The notes beneath the pieces are model-generated. The model saw only the letters and a program-made list of their open reading frames with translations. It was not told where the DNA came from and searched no databases. Shown piece by piece: positions 41,220-54,196 of a stretch of DNA of 64,000 nucleotides. The stretch covers positions 1-64,000 of the forward strand of contig JAYWIR010000064.1 of the NCBI GenBank assembly GCA_036172245.1, read 5' to 3'. Both the position numbers and the translations under genes were made by a program. The stretch comes from Raillietiella orientalis (Eukaryota). Positions within the stretch are counted from its first letter, which is position 1. Every line of letters begins with the position of its first letter.

Positions 41220-44200
41220 ATGTACCTATATAATTTAACACTGCAACGTGCAACAGGAATAACTCATGCAGTTCATGGAAATTTTTCGGGTACAAAATTG
41301 CAAGAAGTTGTGGTTTCAAGAGGAAAATTATTAGAGCTGTTGAGGCCAGATCCAAACACTGGAAAAGTACACACTGTTCTTTCAACAGAAGTATTCGGAA
41401 TTATCAGGTCTTTACTTGTCTTTCGCCTAACAGGCGGTACAAAAGGTATCGTATTTATAAAATATTTTTATACATGTGAAGCAATGTGTTCTTTAGATTA
41501 CATTGTAGTTGGATCTGATTCTGGTAGAATAGTAATTTTGGAGTATAATGCATCAAAAAATGAATTTGAAAAAATTCATCAAGAGACATTTGGGAAAAGT
41601 GGATGTCGGAGGATTGTTCCTGGTCAATATTTAGCATTTGACCCTAAAGGTCGGGCAGTTATGATAGGTATGAGTGATTAAAAAGTGGGATGTTTATTGA
41701 CTTCAGGTTTTTTTCCACAGGTGCAGTAGAAAAACAAAAACTGGTTTACATTCTAAATCGTGATGCACAGGCTAGATTGACTATTTCATCACCTTTAGAA
41801 GCACACAAGAGTAGTACTCTTGTTTACCATATGGTTGGTGTGGATGTAGGATTTGAAAATCCCATGTTTGCATGTTTGGAAATTGATTATGAGGTTTGTT
41901 TAACCTGGTGTGTTTGTGCCTAATTTTTCGCAATTAGGATGCTGATCAGGATCCTACAGGAGAAATAGCTCAAAAAACTCAGCAGACTTTGACTTTTTAT
42001 GAACTTGACTTAGGTCTCAATCATGTTGTACGCAAGTATAGTGAGCCACTTGAGGAGCATGCCAATTTCCTGATATCTGTTCCTGGTGGTTCTGATGGTC
42101 CTAGTGGAGTTCTCATTTGTTCGGAGAATTACATTACTTATAAAAACTTAGGCGATCAACATGATATTCGATGCCCTATTCCAAGAAGACGAGTAAGTCA
42201 CTTGGTTATTTGCACCTGGATCACACATTTGCAGAATTTCTGCATTTGATCTATGGTTCTATAAAATTGCAAAGCTATCGTTGAAAGGCAGGCACTAATG
42301 CTCCCTTTCTGGTTTTGTTTGCAACATTTATGTAATTTAGTAGATGAATGGTAATACAACTGGTTTTTTGTAGAATGATTTGGATGACCCAGAGCGGGGT
42401 ATGATTTTTGTTTGCTCTGCTACTCACAAGACGAAATCAATGTTTTTTTTTCTGGCACAGACAGAGCAAGGAGATATTTTCAAAATAACTTTAGAAACAG
42501 ATGAAGACATGGTCACAGAAATAAAATTAAAATATTTTGATACTGTGCCTGTGGCTGTTGCCATCTGTGTTTTGAAGACAGGATTTCTGTTTGTTGCATC
42601 AGAATTTGGCAACCAGTAAGCACATTTATGCATGATATTAATTATTTCTGTAGTTATCTGTATCAGATTGCTCATCTGGGAGATGATGATGATGAGCCTG
42701 AATTCAGTTCAGCTATGCCATTGGAAGAAGGGGATACGTTTTTTTTCGCCCCTCGACAATTGAAAAATTTAGTGATGGTAGACGAGATGGAATCATTATC
42801 TCCAATTATGCATTGTCAGATTGCTGATCTAGGTAAGTTCTGTGTGTTTTCAGTTTAAGAAAAAATTTTGTTCTGTCCCCAGCTAATGAAGACACTCCTC
42901 AGCTCTATGTAGCCTGTGGTAGAGGGTCTCGATCTTCCCTCAGGGTTTTGCGTCATGGTTTGGAGGTGAGCGAAATGGCGGTTTCTGAGCTGCCAGGTAA
43001 TCCTAATGCAGTATGGACAGTGAAGAAACGGTCTGATGGTCAGTTGGTCGATGTTCATTTGCCTGTGATGGCTGACTTCAGGTGACTTCTGCTGCAAACA
43101 TCAGATGAATATGATGCGTATATCATAGTTTCATTTGTAAATGCTACCCTGGTGTTATCTATTGGTGAAACTGTAGAGGAAGTAACGGATTCAGGTTTTC
43201 TGGGAACCACTCCAACGTTATCTTGTTCTCAGTTGGGAGATGAGGCTTTGGTGCAGGTGGGTGTACAAGAAGTTCTGTAGTTGATTGGGTCTTACTATGA
43301 TGTTTTCCGTGTTTCAGCTGATTTTTGAGATGTATTCATTTGCTACTGAGTGATGTTTGCTTGAGACTGCAATGAATTTCTTTTCAGTGTAATTGCTTTA
43401 TTTTTTGTTTTTGCTTTTCTGTAGGTCTATCCTGATGGAATTCGCCACATTAGAGCAGATAAACGAGTCAATGAATGGAAAGCCCCTGGGAAGAAGATGA
43501 TTCTCAAGTGTGCCATTAATCAACGTCAAGTAGTTATTGCTTTGAGTGGTGGTGTTTTAGTTTACTTTGAAATGGATATGGTAAGATCTGCTCAGATAAT
43601 TCCATTGACATTGTTTATAGACTGGGCAACTTAATGAGTACACAGAACGTAAAGAGATGTCAACAGATGTAATTTGCATGGCACTTGCTAATGTACCAGT
43701 AGGAGAACAACGCTCTCGATTTCTAGCTGTAGGTCTAGAAGATAATACAGTCCGAATTATTTCTCTGAATCCTACTGTAAGTTCATTTGATGCTTTTCTC
43801 CATAATCCACATCACTTTTAGGATTGCTTGGCTCCTCTCAGTATGCAGGCTTTGCCAGCTCCTCCAGAATCATTATGCATTGCTGATATGGGAGGTTCTG
43901 AAGGAAGGGAAGGAGAACCTGGAACTCCAGGCACATTGTATTTGTATATTGGTTTGCAGAATGGTGTGCTTCTTCGCACTGTATTAGACCAAGTGAGTTA
44001 AGCAAAGAAAGTTTGTTGAGGGATGCTTGTGATGCTTTTAGATAACTGGTGATTTGTCTGATACCCGCACACGTTATTTGGGATCAAGAGGTGTCAAACT
44101 GTTCAAAGTACATATGCAGGGCAGTGAAGCAGTAAGTTAGTTTTGTGAACTATGAAACCGAAAAAAATGTGCGAACATCTGAGCATATTTGTTTTTTAGG

Positions 44201-45899
44201 TATTGGCAATGTCAAGCCGCTCTTGGCTTAGCTATTATTATCAAAATCGTTTTCATTTGACTCCACTTTCCTATGATACTTTGGAATACGCCAGTGGGTT
44301 TGCATCTGAACAGTGCCCTGAGGGCATTGTAGCTATATCTACAAATACTCTTCGTATTTTGGCTCTGGAAAAACTAGGTGCCATTTTCAATCAAGTGTCT
44401 TATCCACTGGAATACACACCACGGAAATTCATCATCCATCCAGAATCTGGCCATCTTGTCATGATTGAAACTGATCATAATGCATATACTGAAGAGACCA
44501 AACAGCAGCGTAAACTTCAGATGGCAGAGGAAATGAAGGAAGCTGCAGGCGAGGATGAGATGGAGTTGGCGCAAGAAATGGCAGAGGCCTTTTTGAATGA
44601 ATCTTTGCCTGAAACTGTGTTTGGGGCTCCAAAAGCTGGTCCTGGAATGTGGGCTTCTCTTATACGCATTCTGAATCCCATCGATGGTCGCACACTTAAG
44701 TTAGTGCGTTTGGAACAGAATGAAGCAGCTCTCAGGTAACATTAGGCAACAGTGGATGCATGGTGTTCTTTTAGCTTATGCTTTGTGAAGTTTGCCAACC
44801 AGAGGCACGATGACACTCATCTCATCATTGGAGTAGCTCGTGACTATCAGCTGAATCCTAGACAAGTTCCAGGAGGTTTTCTTTATACGTTCCGGTATGT
44901 ATGTTTTCAAAGATGGTGAAGTACACTAGTTAATTTAGGGTAAACTACGAGTGTTCTGATATGGAGTTAGTGCATAAGACACCTACGGATGAGATTCCTA
45001 TTGCCATGGCTCCGTTTGCTGGGCGTGTTTTGGTTGGAGTTGGTCGTATGCTGAGAATTTATGAGAAAGGGAAGCGCAAATTGTTGAGGAAGTGTGAGAA
45101 CAAACATGTACCTAACATGGTAGTGAGCATTCATACCATGGGTCATCGTGCATATGTGGCTGATGTACAAGAAAGTATTCTGTTTGTTCGATATCGCCGT
45201 CCTGAGAATCAGCTTAATGTCTTTGCTGATGATACATATCCTCGATTTGTCACTTGTTGTTGTCTTTTAGACTATGACACTTTGGCAATTGCTGACAAGT
45301 TTGGCAATATCTCTGTGGTAAGACTTTCTTCTGGTAGCTGGAAGTTTTTGAAAATACTCTCTGCAGATTCGGTTGCCATCAGGAGTTAATGATGATGTAG
45401 AAGAAGATCCTACAGGCACCAAATCTTTATGGGATCGTGGTTTATTAAGTGGTGCATCTCAGAAAGCTGATACTCTTACTAATTTTTATGTTGGAGAAAC
45501 TGTGTTATCCCTTCAAAAGGCCACATTAATTCCTGGTGGTAGTGAGTCCCTTGTGTACACAACCTTGAGTGGTACCATCGGAATTTTGGTTCCTTTCACT
45601 TCACACGAGGATCACGACTTTTTTCAACATTTGGAAATGCATATGCGAGCAGAGCATCCTCCACTTTGTGGGCGAGAACATGTAGCTTTTCGATCAAATT
45701 ACTTTCCTGTTAAGGTATGTATCTGTTTGTTATGGTCACAATTTGAGAGTGTTCTTAGAATGTCATCGATGGTGACCTTTGTGAACAGTATAATTCCATA
45801 GATTCAGCTAAACAAAAAAGTATTGCAGAAGATTTGGATAGAACTCCAAATGAAGTATCCAAAAAACTTGAAGATATACGAACACGCTATGCATTCTAG
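41220..45899 (+). CDS. SF3B3: Splicing factor 3B subunit 3 (SAP130), 17 coding exons
   Basis: Starts [26 protein letters not shown] and ends [13 protein letters not shown]. Near-continuous similarity to SF3B3 ([61 protein letters not shown]). There are 16 GT-AG introns: 14 of 38-68 nt and two long ones (42193-42373, 43257-43424). Confidence 0.98.
42210..42329 (+). ncRNA. Intronic box H/ACA snoRNA candidate (predicted 18S rRNA pseudouridylation guide)
   Basis: Hairpin 1 (acctggatca/tgatctatggt; upper stem tgcaga/tctgca), H box ATAAAA at 42261-42266, hairpin 2 (ttgcaaa/tttgcaa; upper stem gaaagg/cctttc), and ACA at 42324-42326 followed by ttt. Pocket-to-ACA distance is 14 nt. Pocket strands tatcgtt and tggtt are complementary to the conserved 18S sequence ACCA-UA-AACGAUG. 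Confidence 0.8.
43292..43353 (+). ncRNA. Intronic box C/D snoRNA candidate (predicted 28S rRNA 2'-O-methylation guide)
   Basis: Box C ATGATGT at 43297-43303, D' CTGA at 43318-43321, D CTGA at 43346-43349, terminal stem ttac/gtga. The guide tccgtgtttcag upstream of D' is complementary to the conserved 28S sequence UUGAAACACGGA. Box D lies 75 nt upstream of the 3' splice site. Confidence 0.75.
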
Positions 45900-47699
45900 T
45901 CTGTTATAAACATTACTTGGGATACAGTTTGATGTTCAGGGACAGTTGAGTCAGCCATAAGTGCTTTGACAGTCATGCACAATTTTAATAACCATTCGAA
46001 TTTAAGGTGTAATCAGAAATTTTCACAGTTGCCTTTTCCTGCATTATGTGTTTAATACTTGAAGCATTAAGAAGTTAGATGTTGACTGAACTGATTTTGA
46101 GAACCCAGTTTGCAAGTTACTTCTATGTTTAACTTAATTATAAGATTATCCTTAAGTGAAGCATATGTGAAAGATGTGAGTGAACAATAATGATGTGACA
46201 GTGAAGTACTGAAAAAAGACAGTGCTGATCAGTGACAAACAGTAAATCAGGATTAGTTGGCAATAAAATTTTTCTGTAAGTTAAGTGATTTGCACAAATA
46301 GTCATGCAGTATTAAAATGACAATGCAACAACTGTTCCTAAGGTTTCATTTCATTTTTTCGTTTTTTTTTTTTGATTTCTGCAGAAAGCTTTTATTCTGT
46401 ATAGTGTGGGCAGCTGTTAAGCAAGAAGTGTGCGTGCTTTGCTTTTAGTCCACCACTGCCTAAATTTAAGTGTTCTATTGAGGCAAGCTCGTGGTTGGAG
46501 AATTGATTTTAACAAATTTCAAAGTAATTTGTACGATTGAATCATTGCTTGAGCAAAGTTTTAAATAAAAAAATCGGATGCAACCTGCTATATGCATTGA
46601 TTGCTTTTCAGTTTTGTGTTGCTGTTTAGAGACAGACCATTACCCTTGTTTGAGCAAGTGATGGCGATTTTTGACATTCGACCCACTATCATGCTCAAAA
46701 AATGTGTTCCGACTTTCCAAGGTTTGATTGAGTCTGTGTTAATTTTACTTTATCTTAAGCACATGCTGCAAAGAATTTTTTCATTTACTTTCGTTTTTAT
46801 GCATTTTGAAAATGAAATCGCATCCGATGCTTTCGATTTCCGACCAGGTGTCTCTTCATGCTGCTTTTCTTCCGCTGATTTCTATGGCTTCGATTATAAT
46901 CTTCCGAACTGTGAGTGGGATCCCTGTCAACGTCATGTGGGTCAGAAGGTCAGTACTACTAGCAGAAATAGCGGCAAACAGTTTGATCCGATCGCTAAAA
47001 ATTTCGAATTCAGTTTTAGCCCCCTTTATAATTCTAGCAGCCATAATAAGCGTTTCTTAAACGGGAATGTGCGATATCGCAGACGTGCGGGTAATTTCAA
47101 GTTGAGAGCAAAATGCAAACAGTAAGAACGATCATGTTCTTCTAATACGTAATCACGTCGGAAAACTTGTAGAACCTTTTTTGTCATTCAGTGGTTTTCT
47201 TTTGAAGTGGCATGAAAAACGATAGCGATTCGTCTCCTCCTTATAAAGGAGAAGCGAGCAGACCGAAGTTTGGGTAAAAGACGTGGGGAAACCTTGTATC
47301 AAGGTGATCAGTTGATCGGTGATCCGAAGTTTTAAGGGCCTGCAGAGTGCAGGTTCGAGGCTTCCAAAGTCTCAGGTTTGAAACGTACAGGCAGCTCCCG
47401 ATGTACGACCGAGTTCCGTTCGCTATGCGTAAAAACACCCAGGTATGCACTTTTTGCCCACATCCTGTATGTTGGAGGTCGTTCTCACATATGAAAAGCA
47501 TTGCATCAAACATCGAGCATGTACGATTTATTACGACGACACGCCACGGACGTCGAATAAAGTTGAGACAGTACCAAGAGAAAACGGAATACGACAGCGA
47601 ATGGTTGATTTCCATTAAAAACATAAACAAAGTTATATGTTGTGTACGTACATGAAATATGCATCAGTCCATATTTTCACGGGCGTTGGTCGGTGTCCC

Positions 47700-49400
47700 T
47701 TTGCACACACACGAGGTAGATGGTCGACCTTTTTTCTCCAGACGGCTGCGGCTGGCTCGTCCACTCTTTTAAAACGGGATTTGACAGGAGTTTGGAACGG
47801 TTCGTTTCTTTCTTTCTTTTCTTTTTTTTTCTTCGTAAAAAACCTCATCGTAACGTTTCGGTGAAAAAACGCCTCTTTTCGCCTTCTCCACATTCTCTCC
47901 ATCTTCGAGTGCTGCCCTTCAAACATTTCCAGCGCAGCTCAGAAGTGAGCCGAAGAGCCGCAGCCATCTTGTGCGTCGTGGATGTTCTGGAAGAACGTGC
48001 AGCATCAAGTTCTTCTGCCACTTCTTCTGCGTTTCGATTCGCTTCTTTTGCTATCGATTGTTCGTTCCTTCTCAGAATGCGAGTCGAGCGGCTCCCTTGC
48101 GTATGAGCCGAGTCGAGGTTGGGTTCCATTCGATTGCCCACTTCAGCAAACTCCACAGTCGCAGATTCCACTGGTGCCTAGAATCCACTGAAACTGCTCA
48201 CAAGGGTCGAGGACACAAGTTTTTCCACACGCCATTCCAGTTCACATCCTATGGTATTGAGTAACTTCAGGGTGTCAGCAAGCAATCTTCCAATTATGTC
48301 GCTCGCTATTGCGGGCTTTGCGCAAATAAAGAAAAAATCATAAAATCGATGACGTGCGTTATAGCAAACGTTCGTACATCGAGAGCTGTCTGTACACCCT
48401 TTCCAAAGTGAAAGCGCCACCCTTCATTTACTTGTGGCATCGCTGTTTGCCAGGCACCAAAGTGTTCGTTTGGCGAATCGAATTTGGCGCTGTTTGTCGC
48501 CGGTAGTCATTCCAAGCCCCGACTTGAGCACCTTAGGTCTCCTCGGTAAGTAGGTCCTCTAGGAAGATATGCTATGGCCTCCCCGAGTTGCGAGCAGCGA
48601 TGTGCAGTGTTGCCAAACGATTTCTTCCTGCCATACTATGAGTGCTGTTCCTGGAGTGTGTGAAACATGGGTAAGCCGTGCAACCAGAACTTTGCAGGAT
48701 CACGTGTCTTCCTGGTTGAAACTTGGCCGTCGAAACTAGTCATATGAAGTCTCGAAGATAAGTCCAAGATCGCCACGTGCTATATGGAAAGATCGGGAAA
48801 TCTTTGTTTATTATTATCTGGTAAATTGCTTTACTTTGAATATGCATTCGTATATGCTGCACCCTCTGGCTGTGCGGAGCTCCACTGTGGTGAGGCACAT
48901 GAAACATGGAAAATAAGTTAAGTGCAATCTCTAAGCGTGGGTCTCGCTTCGATTGCCATGGTGACGGTGGTAGACAGGTCGTACTTCAGCTCCTCTGCTG
49001 GATGTAGAGATGTGATCTTGAATTCGTCTGTTAGTTGCCGGAGGTTTCGGTAAACATAAAGGTACATGATCCCCCTCCTCCCGAAAGGTAGAAAGAAGTA
49101 CACAGGCAACAAAAGCTGTCTGTATTGAGCGTACCTGCTCAAGACAAGCCTTGGAATTTTTATTGTGCGAGCAAGCCCCACGATCGGAAGAGCATTTCTC
49201 TAACCTCAGTGCTGGTGTCCCGTTGCCGTGGTGCGTGTTGAGAATACCGTTTTACGAGTTGGCACGTTCCTGACAAACAGCTGCGTTCGAATAGATGTGA
49301 ATTGATTTCAACTGGACCATCGGACATAGCTTTCAACGCTGCTGCGGTTGCCGGCAAAATTGGGTACAATTCCATGAGAACAGCCTCAACGGACGGGGAG
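47700..49400 (-). mobile_element. Degenerate Mutator (MULE)-like DNA transposase relic
   Basis: The - strand translation at about 49120-48890, LLPVYFFLPFGRRGIMYLYVYRNLRQL...SLHPAEELKYDLSTTVTMAIEARPTLRDCT*LIFHVS, follows the MULE pattern P-x-x-Y-x-L-L-P...Y...L-x-P...D-F-E-x-A...C-x-F-H. The frame has many stops. No TIRs were identified and boundaries are approximate. Confidence 0.4.
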
Positions 49401-52400
49401 GTGTTGCGATACGCAAGACATGGCTGTGAGACTTTTGGTGTTTCTGTTGCCCTCCATTTCTATATTTGTTGACATCAGGGGCTCGTCTAGAATATCAACA
49501 GTCTGCACGCTTTCAGATAGATTACGTAGAAACTCATTTTGTCGATCCCAAAGGCTCAAAGTTGTTTGCTTTAGTGTATGAGTTGTATCGAATCAGTGTG
49601 ACAACATGATGTCGAAGAAATGGGTGTCGTTTCCGTGAAGTCCATGGTGTCAGCTTTGCGAATTTTCATCGAAAATTTCCGTCTCCATCGAACATGCTGT
49701 TTTCCATCAGTTGTTCTTCCAAGTCACTCTAAATAATCTCGTGACTTCATTGAATTCATCAACATTTGTTGACATCAAAAACGGATTGAAGTATGTAAGT
49801 ATTGCACAATGAAAGGTTTGCTTCCATAGACAAAAGATGGAAAGCTTCGCGACGGGCGGATGGTGTCGAGCAACAGGTAACCTAGGAAGCGAGCTGTCAT
49901 CCTTTTCTTCCTGCAACAAAGCAGGAATATCAGAGTTTTCGCTAAAAGGTGATCATACCCACGATCGTTCATTTTGTTTTCGATTTCGAAATGTATAACA
50001 ACCACGATCATTAGACTGCATCTGCCACTGGTCCATATCTGCTTCGAAATGGTTGCAGGGATACAAAGTCCTTCCTAGCCTCATGGAGCCTGGGTGAGGA
50101 ACGCAGTCAGTTGCTTTTGAATTCCCAAAGTCACCCCAAAGAATTCCCTGCTCAAGCAGCCAGGAATCATGCAGAAGGGCTTTTTCGCCTGTGGGGAAGG
50201 TTGCTTTCTACATGCAGCATTTCCCATTTTTTTTTCCCTCGCAAAAACCCCGGCATCACTGAATTAACAACCACAGAAATGAAAGCACAGAAATGCGAAA
50301 GCTTCCTAAATAGTGTATATACAAACTCTTCTCAGGGTCCATCAGAAATCTATAGACATGATTGCCGTCGTAGTTTTTCATGTTAAAGTAAATCTGCGAT
50401 GCATTTGATATAGCTGGAATATGTAGTAGTTGTATATGTTTTGGGGAACAAATGCTAATTCTAAAACGTCTGTTTCATTCTCTCAAATCCCCTCAAATGG
50501 GGACAATCGAAATAACCCAAAATACTCGAACTCTCGGTCCGAAATTCCATTTGGCGAGCGGCTTTCTCATTCCTTGGCAAAGGAATTTCACTTTTTCGTA
50601 AAGTTGGGAGAGGCAGCATCCCATGGTTACGGAAGGGCGTTGGTACAAAAGTGCTAACCACATCTTTCCAACTACTCAGAGAGCAAATTTATGCAGCTTA
50701 GTCGTTTCTCCACGTGATGGTTCCTTAGGCAAGAGGTTGCGATTCCTTATCAAGATTCAATTCTCTTGGAATCCATCACACGGTTTCTTCACACGTACAC
50801 CAAAACTGTAACCAACCCAAGACTTTGGAGAGGAAGATTGAAGTTGTTTTGTTTCAATCATTCTTGGAGTTTTAGATGGAAAGCTTTCATTAATAATCTG
50901 TCCAAACAGACACACGGCAAGACCTCGTACAAGGCTCATATTCCGTCAGTCGTATAAGAGGATTCTTAAAAAAGAGCAGAAGATCACCAGAGGTGTGTCG
51001 CAATATAATATTATTCAACCCCAAAGGCGTTCGTTCAAATGTCGAAAAGTATCGAAAATTACTGTTTAAAGAAGAGTAACAAAAGAAAGCATCAAGAAAC
51101 GCAAGCGTGAGTTAGGATATCAGGACGGATATGAGGCCATTTGTTTTTGCACTGATTTTTCAAAAAAAAAAATTGGTTTCTTTTCCATAATACTGAAATC
51201 CATTGCTAGCTTGATGCTGGAAAAGTTGCTTTGCTACAAGTAAACTCAGCAGCATGAAGAAAAGTCGGTGTAATGCTACTATCATAATGAAGTTGAAGGC
51301 TTGATCTCAAATCTAGATAGAATGCAACGTTGGAAGTGAGCAATAGTAATAGAAAAGCCAAATAGACCGGCAATATTCAGTCATTTTTCTGTTCCTGAGA
51401 CTTGAAAGGCTATTGCCAGCATAGATAGAAAATTAGAAAACTCATTGCTTCTTTTGCTTTCTTACATTTTGATCTGACTTGAGAAATCTTGCAAGGTCGA
51501 GGATGGAGGCCACTGGCCAGAAAGCGAGTTGCGAATCGCTTAATTTTTGCAGACTTTGAGCAGAAAACCACATCTGTCCACGATGTCATTATTTTTCGAT
51601 GGTTTTTATGCAAACCATGGTTGCAGGCAGCAGCATCTGACCATAAGCTCACAATCCTTGAAAGAATATCTCCAGCTAAGCACTGAAATCCAACTTATCA
51701 TAGCTATTTCAAAAGGGCCGGGAAAAAAAAAACAATTGCATATGGGGGTCTCAATAGCTATCACTAAAGTAGCAAAGAGTATCTCTACAATTCCTTCCTA
51801 AGTAATACCCTTGGCATAGAGGACATGTGATGCCAGCCTGCCTGCTTGTCAATCTGCAGTACTCTGGAGATTGCCAGTGGCCGTACGATCCCACGAAAGG
51901 AATAGAAGTCGACAGAGAGTTTGCCTAGTAGGAAACAGTGGTACCAAAACCAAATTTTCCCACTTCCGTTACCTTTACGAAGAAGCCTTAGAACGCGTGG
52001 AAAGAAGATGGTGTCCATACATTTTTTGTAATTTGTGAACGTATACAAAGCATACACGTTATAAGCATATTGAATGAACACGCATTGCTGCGAAAGGTGG
52101 ATTAAGGTACGGTACTCGACGGGGAAAAGTATTTAAGTCTGGGTTTGGAGTATTGACCTGAGCAATTTTCGTACCTCAAGCTGATACTCAATAGTTCTCA
52201 ATTTTGCCAACATCACTTTAAAAGGTGAGAGGGGCACAAACAAAAATGTGCGTTCTTCTTTCCCTTTCAAGGAAGAGACTAGCAACAAGGCTTTCAGCTC
52301 CTTCGTGTGCCCTATCTTGCATTCTATCTTGATTTGCCCAATATTCAAAGTCCACCATTCAGATTATGTTTTCTACTCATTACACACGAACCAACAGCAG

Positions 52401-54167
52401 TTACACTCAAAAGTACTCTCGGGCGGAGTCTGAAAGGATTAGGAGCTCAAGTGCGAGGTAATTAATTAGCTGCATTCCAAAGAGTTAGAACAACTGCTCT
52501 CATCCCCCTTCCCCATCCATTCAGGAGGCAGCCACTTGTGATAGTTGATCGTGTGATTATCGGTTGTCTGAATCTGTTTCTCAATTCTGGGTTGTGCAAC
52601 CGCGTGTTTCAGCTGCAAACAGCGTGATCGATAACTGCAGTGAGGGGGATGAGCATCTCGAGAGTACCGAATTTTCCCCTATCACTGTGCATGAATAAGG
52701 AGCTGGAAGATCTCTTTTTTTTTTTTTTCTTTTAGTGACAGCATGTGGAAAATTTATTAGGTGACAGAACTTCTAGTTTCTACATTTTCGTTTCCATGCC
52801 CCTTTCGTTTAACTGGAATGAGGGGGTGGACACGAAGTGTTTATTTGTTCCTCTTTTTTTTGCCTCGTTTCATTTTCACCTTTAGCCCTCCTGCCATTTT
52901 GACACGGCAGGATGGTTGGAAATCCGCCGGGCAGTCCCACTCATGACCGTGGATGGCGGATTTGTTTGCTGCCTGCCCTCATCCTACTTCAGAAAGGCTC
53001 ATTACTGAGATGGTGTTTTCTCGTGCACTGTGAACGTGCCTTCTAAAATGCTTGGGGCGAAGGAGGGTTGGAACTTTGCATCCTGTTTGGAGATGGGAGA
53101 GCTTCGGGAAAGAAAGAACCGCAAACGCACAATTCTGTCATTCCGTGTATGGCATAGAATAGTGCACTTCAAAAATTGTACTTAGACTTCATTGAGATCA
53201 AGATCGTTCCCAGAGAAACTGCACGCATTTTTCCCATCGGCAATCTCGTTTTCGCATCTGTCTCATGTCAGTTTTTTTTTTTTTACTACTACTGTTTTTG
53301 CGAAAACACTCTTTGTGTCATTTTCCGTTTGCTCCATAGCTGTGTCCCAGTGAACAGGAACACATGCCTCTCATTCCTCTCATCCTTTATCGTGTTCATC
53401 TATGAACTGGATAGAATTACATCAAATACATCCGGCACGAGTCCCGGAACCCTTGCTTCTTCTTTGGTTTAGTTTGCTTTGAACCCGAAAACACAACCCT
53501 ACGCGGACGAGGCTAGAAATTTGTCTCTCTATCGGAAGTCCTAACTTATGTTAAGAATCCCCACACGATGCTGCCAAACAGCCACCTATGGTGTTTTTCC
53601 CTCGGGGGAAAGAGATTCTCAACCCATAATAGAAATAACACTGTTGATCTGGCTGAACGAAAGATGGGGTGTAGGTGGGGCGGTCGCTGGAAGGATCGTA
53701 TTTGGAGCAAACTAAAAATACAAATCTTTAGGAGGGAGTCCGCTGAAAATTACGGAAAAGAAGAGCCAAGACCAGGGAAATGGTTGCTGCTGTGGTTTCT
53801 CCATGCAAGGTGCTGACTCCCTTACATCTTTTGTGCCTCCGGGTATGCCCATGCTTCCTGATGGCTACTTCGTGAACTGGCGCTGTCCATCATGTTTCCA
53901 ATTTATACAGCATTTATGGATTGGTAGCATGGATACGCTTCCGTTTGATATCCTGGAAAGTCCAGGTGAACTTTCTTATCGTCAGAGTCTTTTTCAACTA
54001 TGTCGAACTCAGTTTTAGGTGTCAACATTTCTTGGTTCCTCATCTGCCTCTGCGGAAAGAAATTGAAGGGAGAGCAATCTAAATGGCCACTTGATGAGAT
54101 GGGCCGTCATAAATCTTGGCGAGGTGAATTTGGTCCAATGACACACCACTTGATGGAATCATAACTG

Positions 54168-54196
54168 TCACACACACACACACACATATATATATA
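54168..54196. repeat. Compound (CA)n(TA)n microsatellite
   Basis: Run of CA dinucleotides followed directly by TA dinucleotides. Confidence 0.8.
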
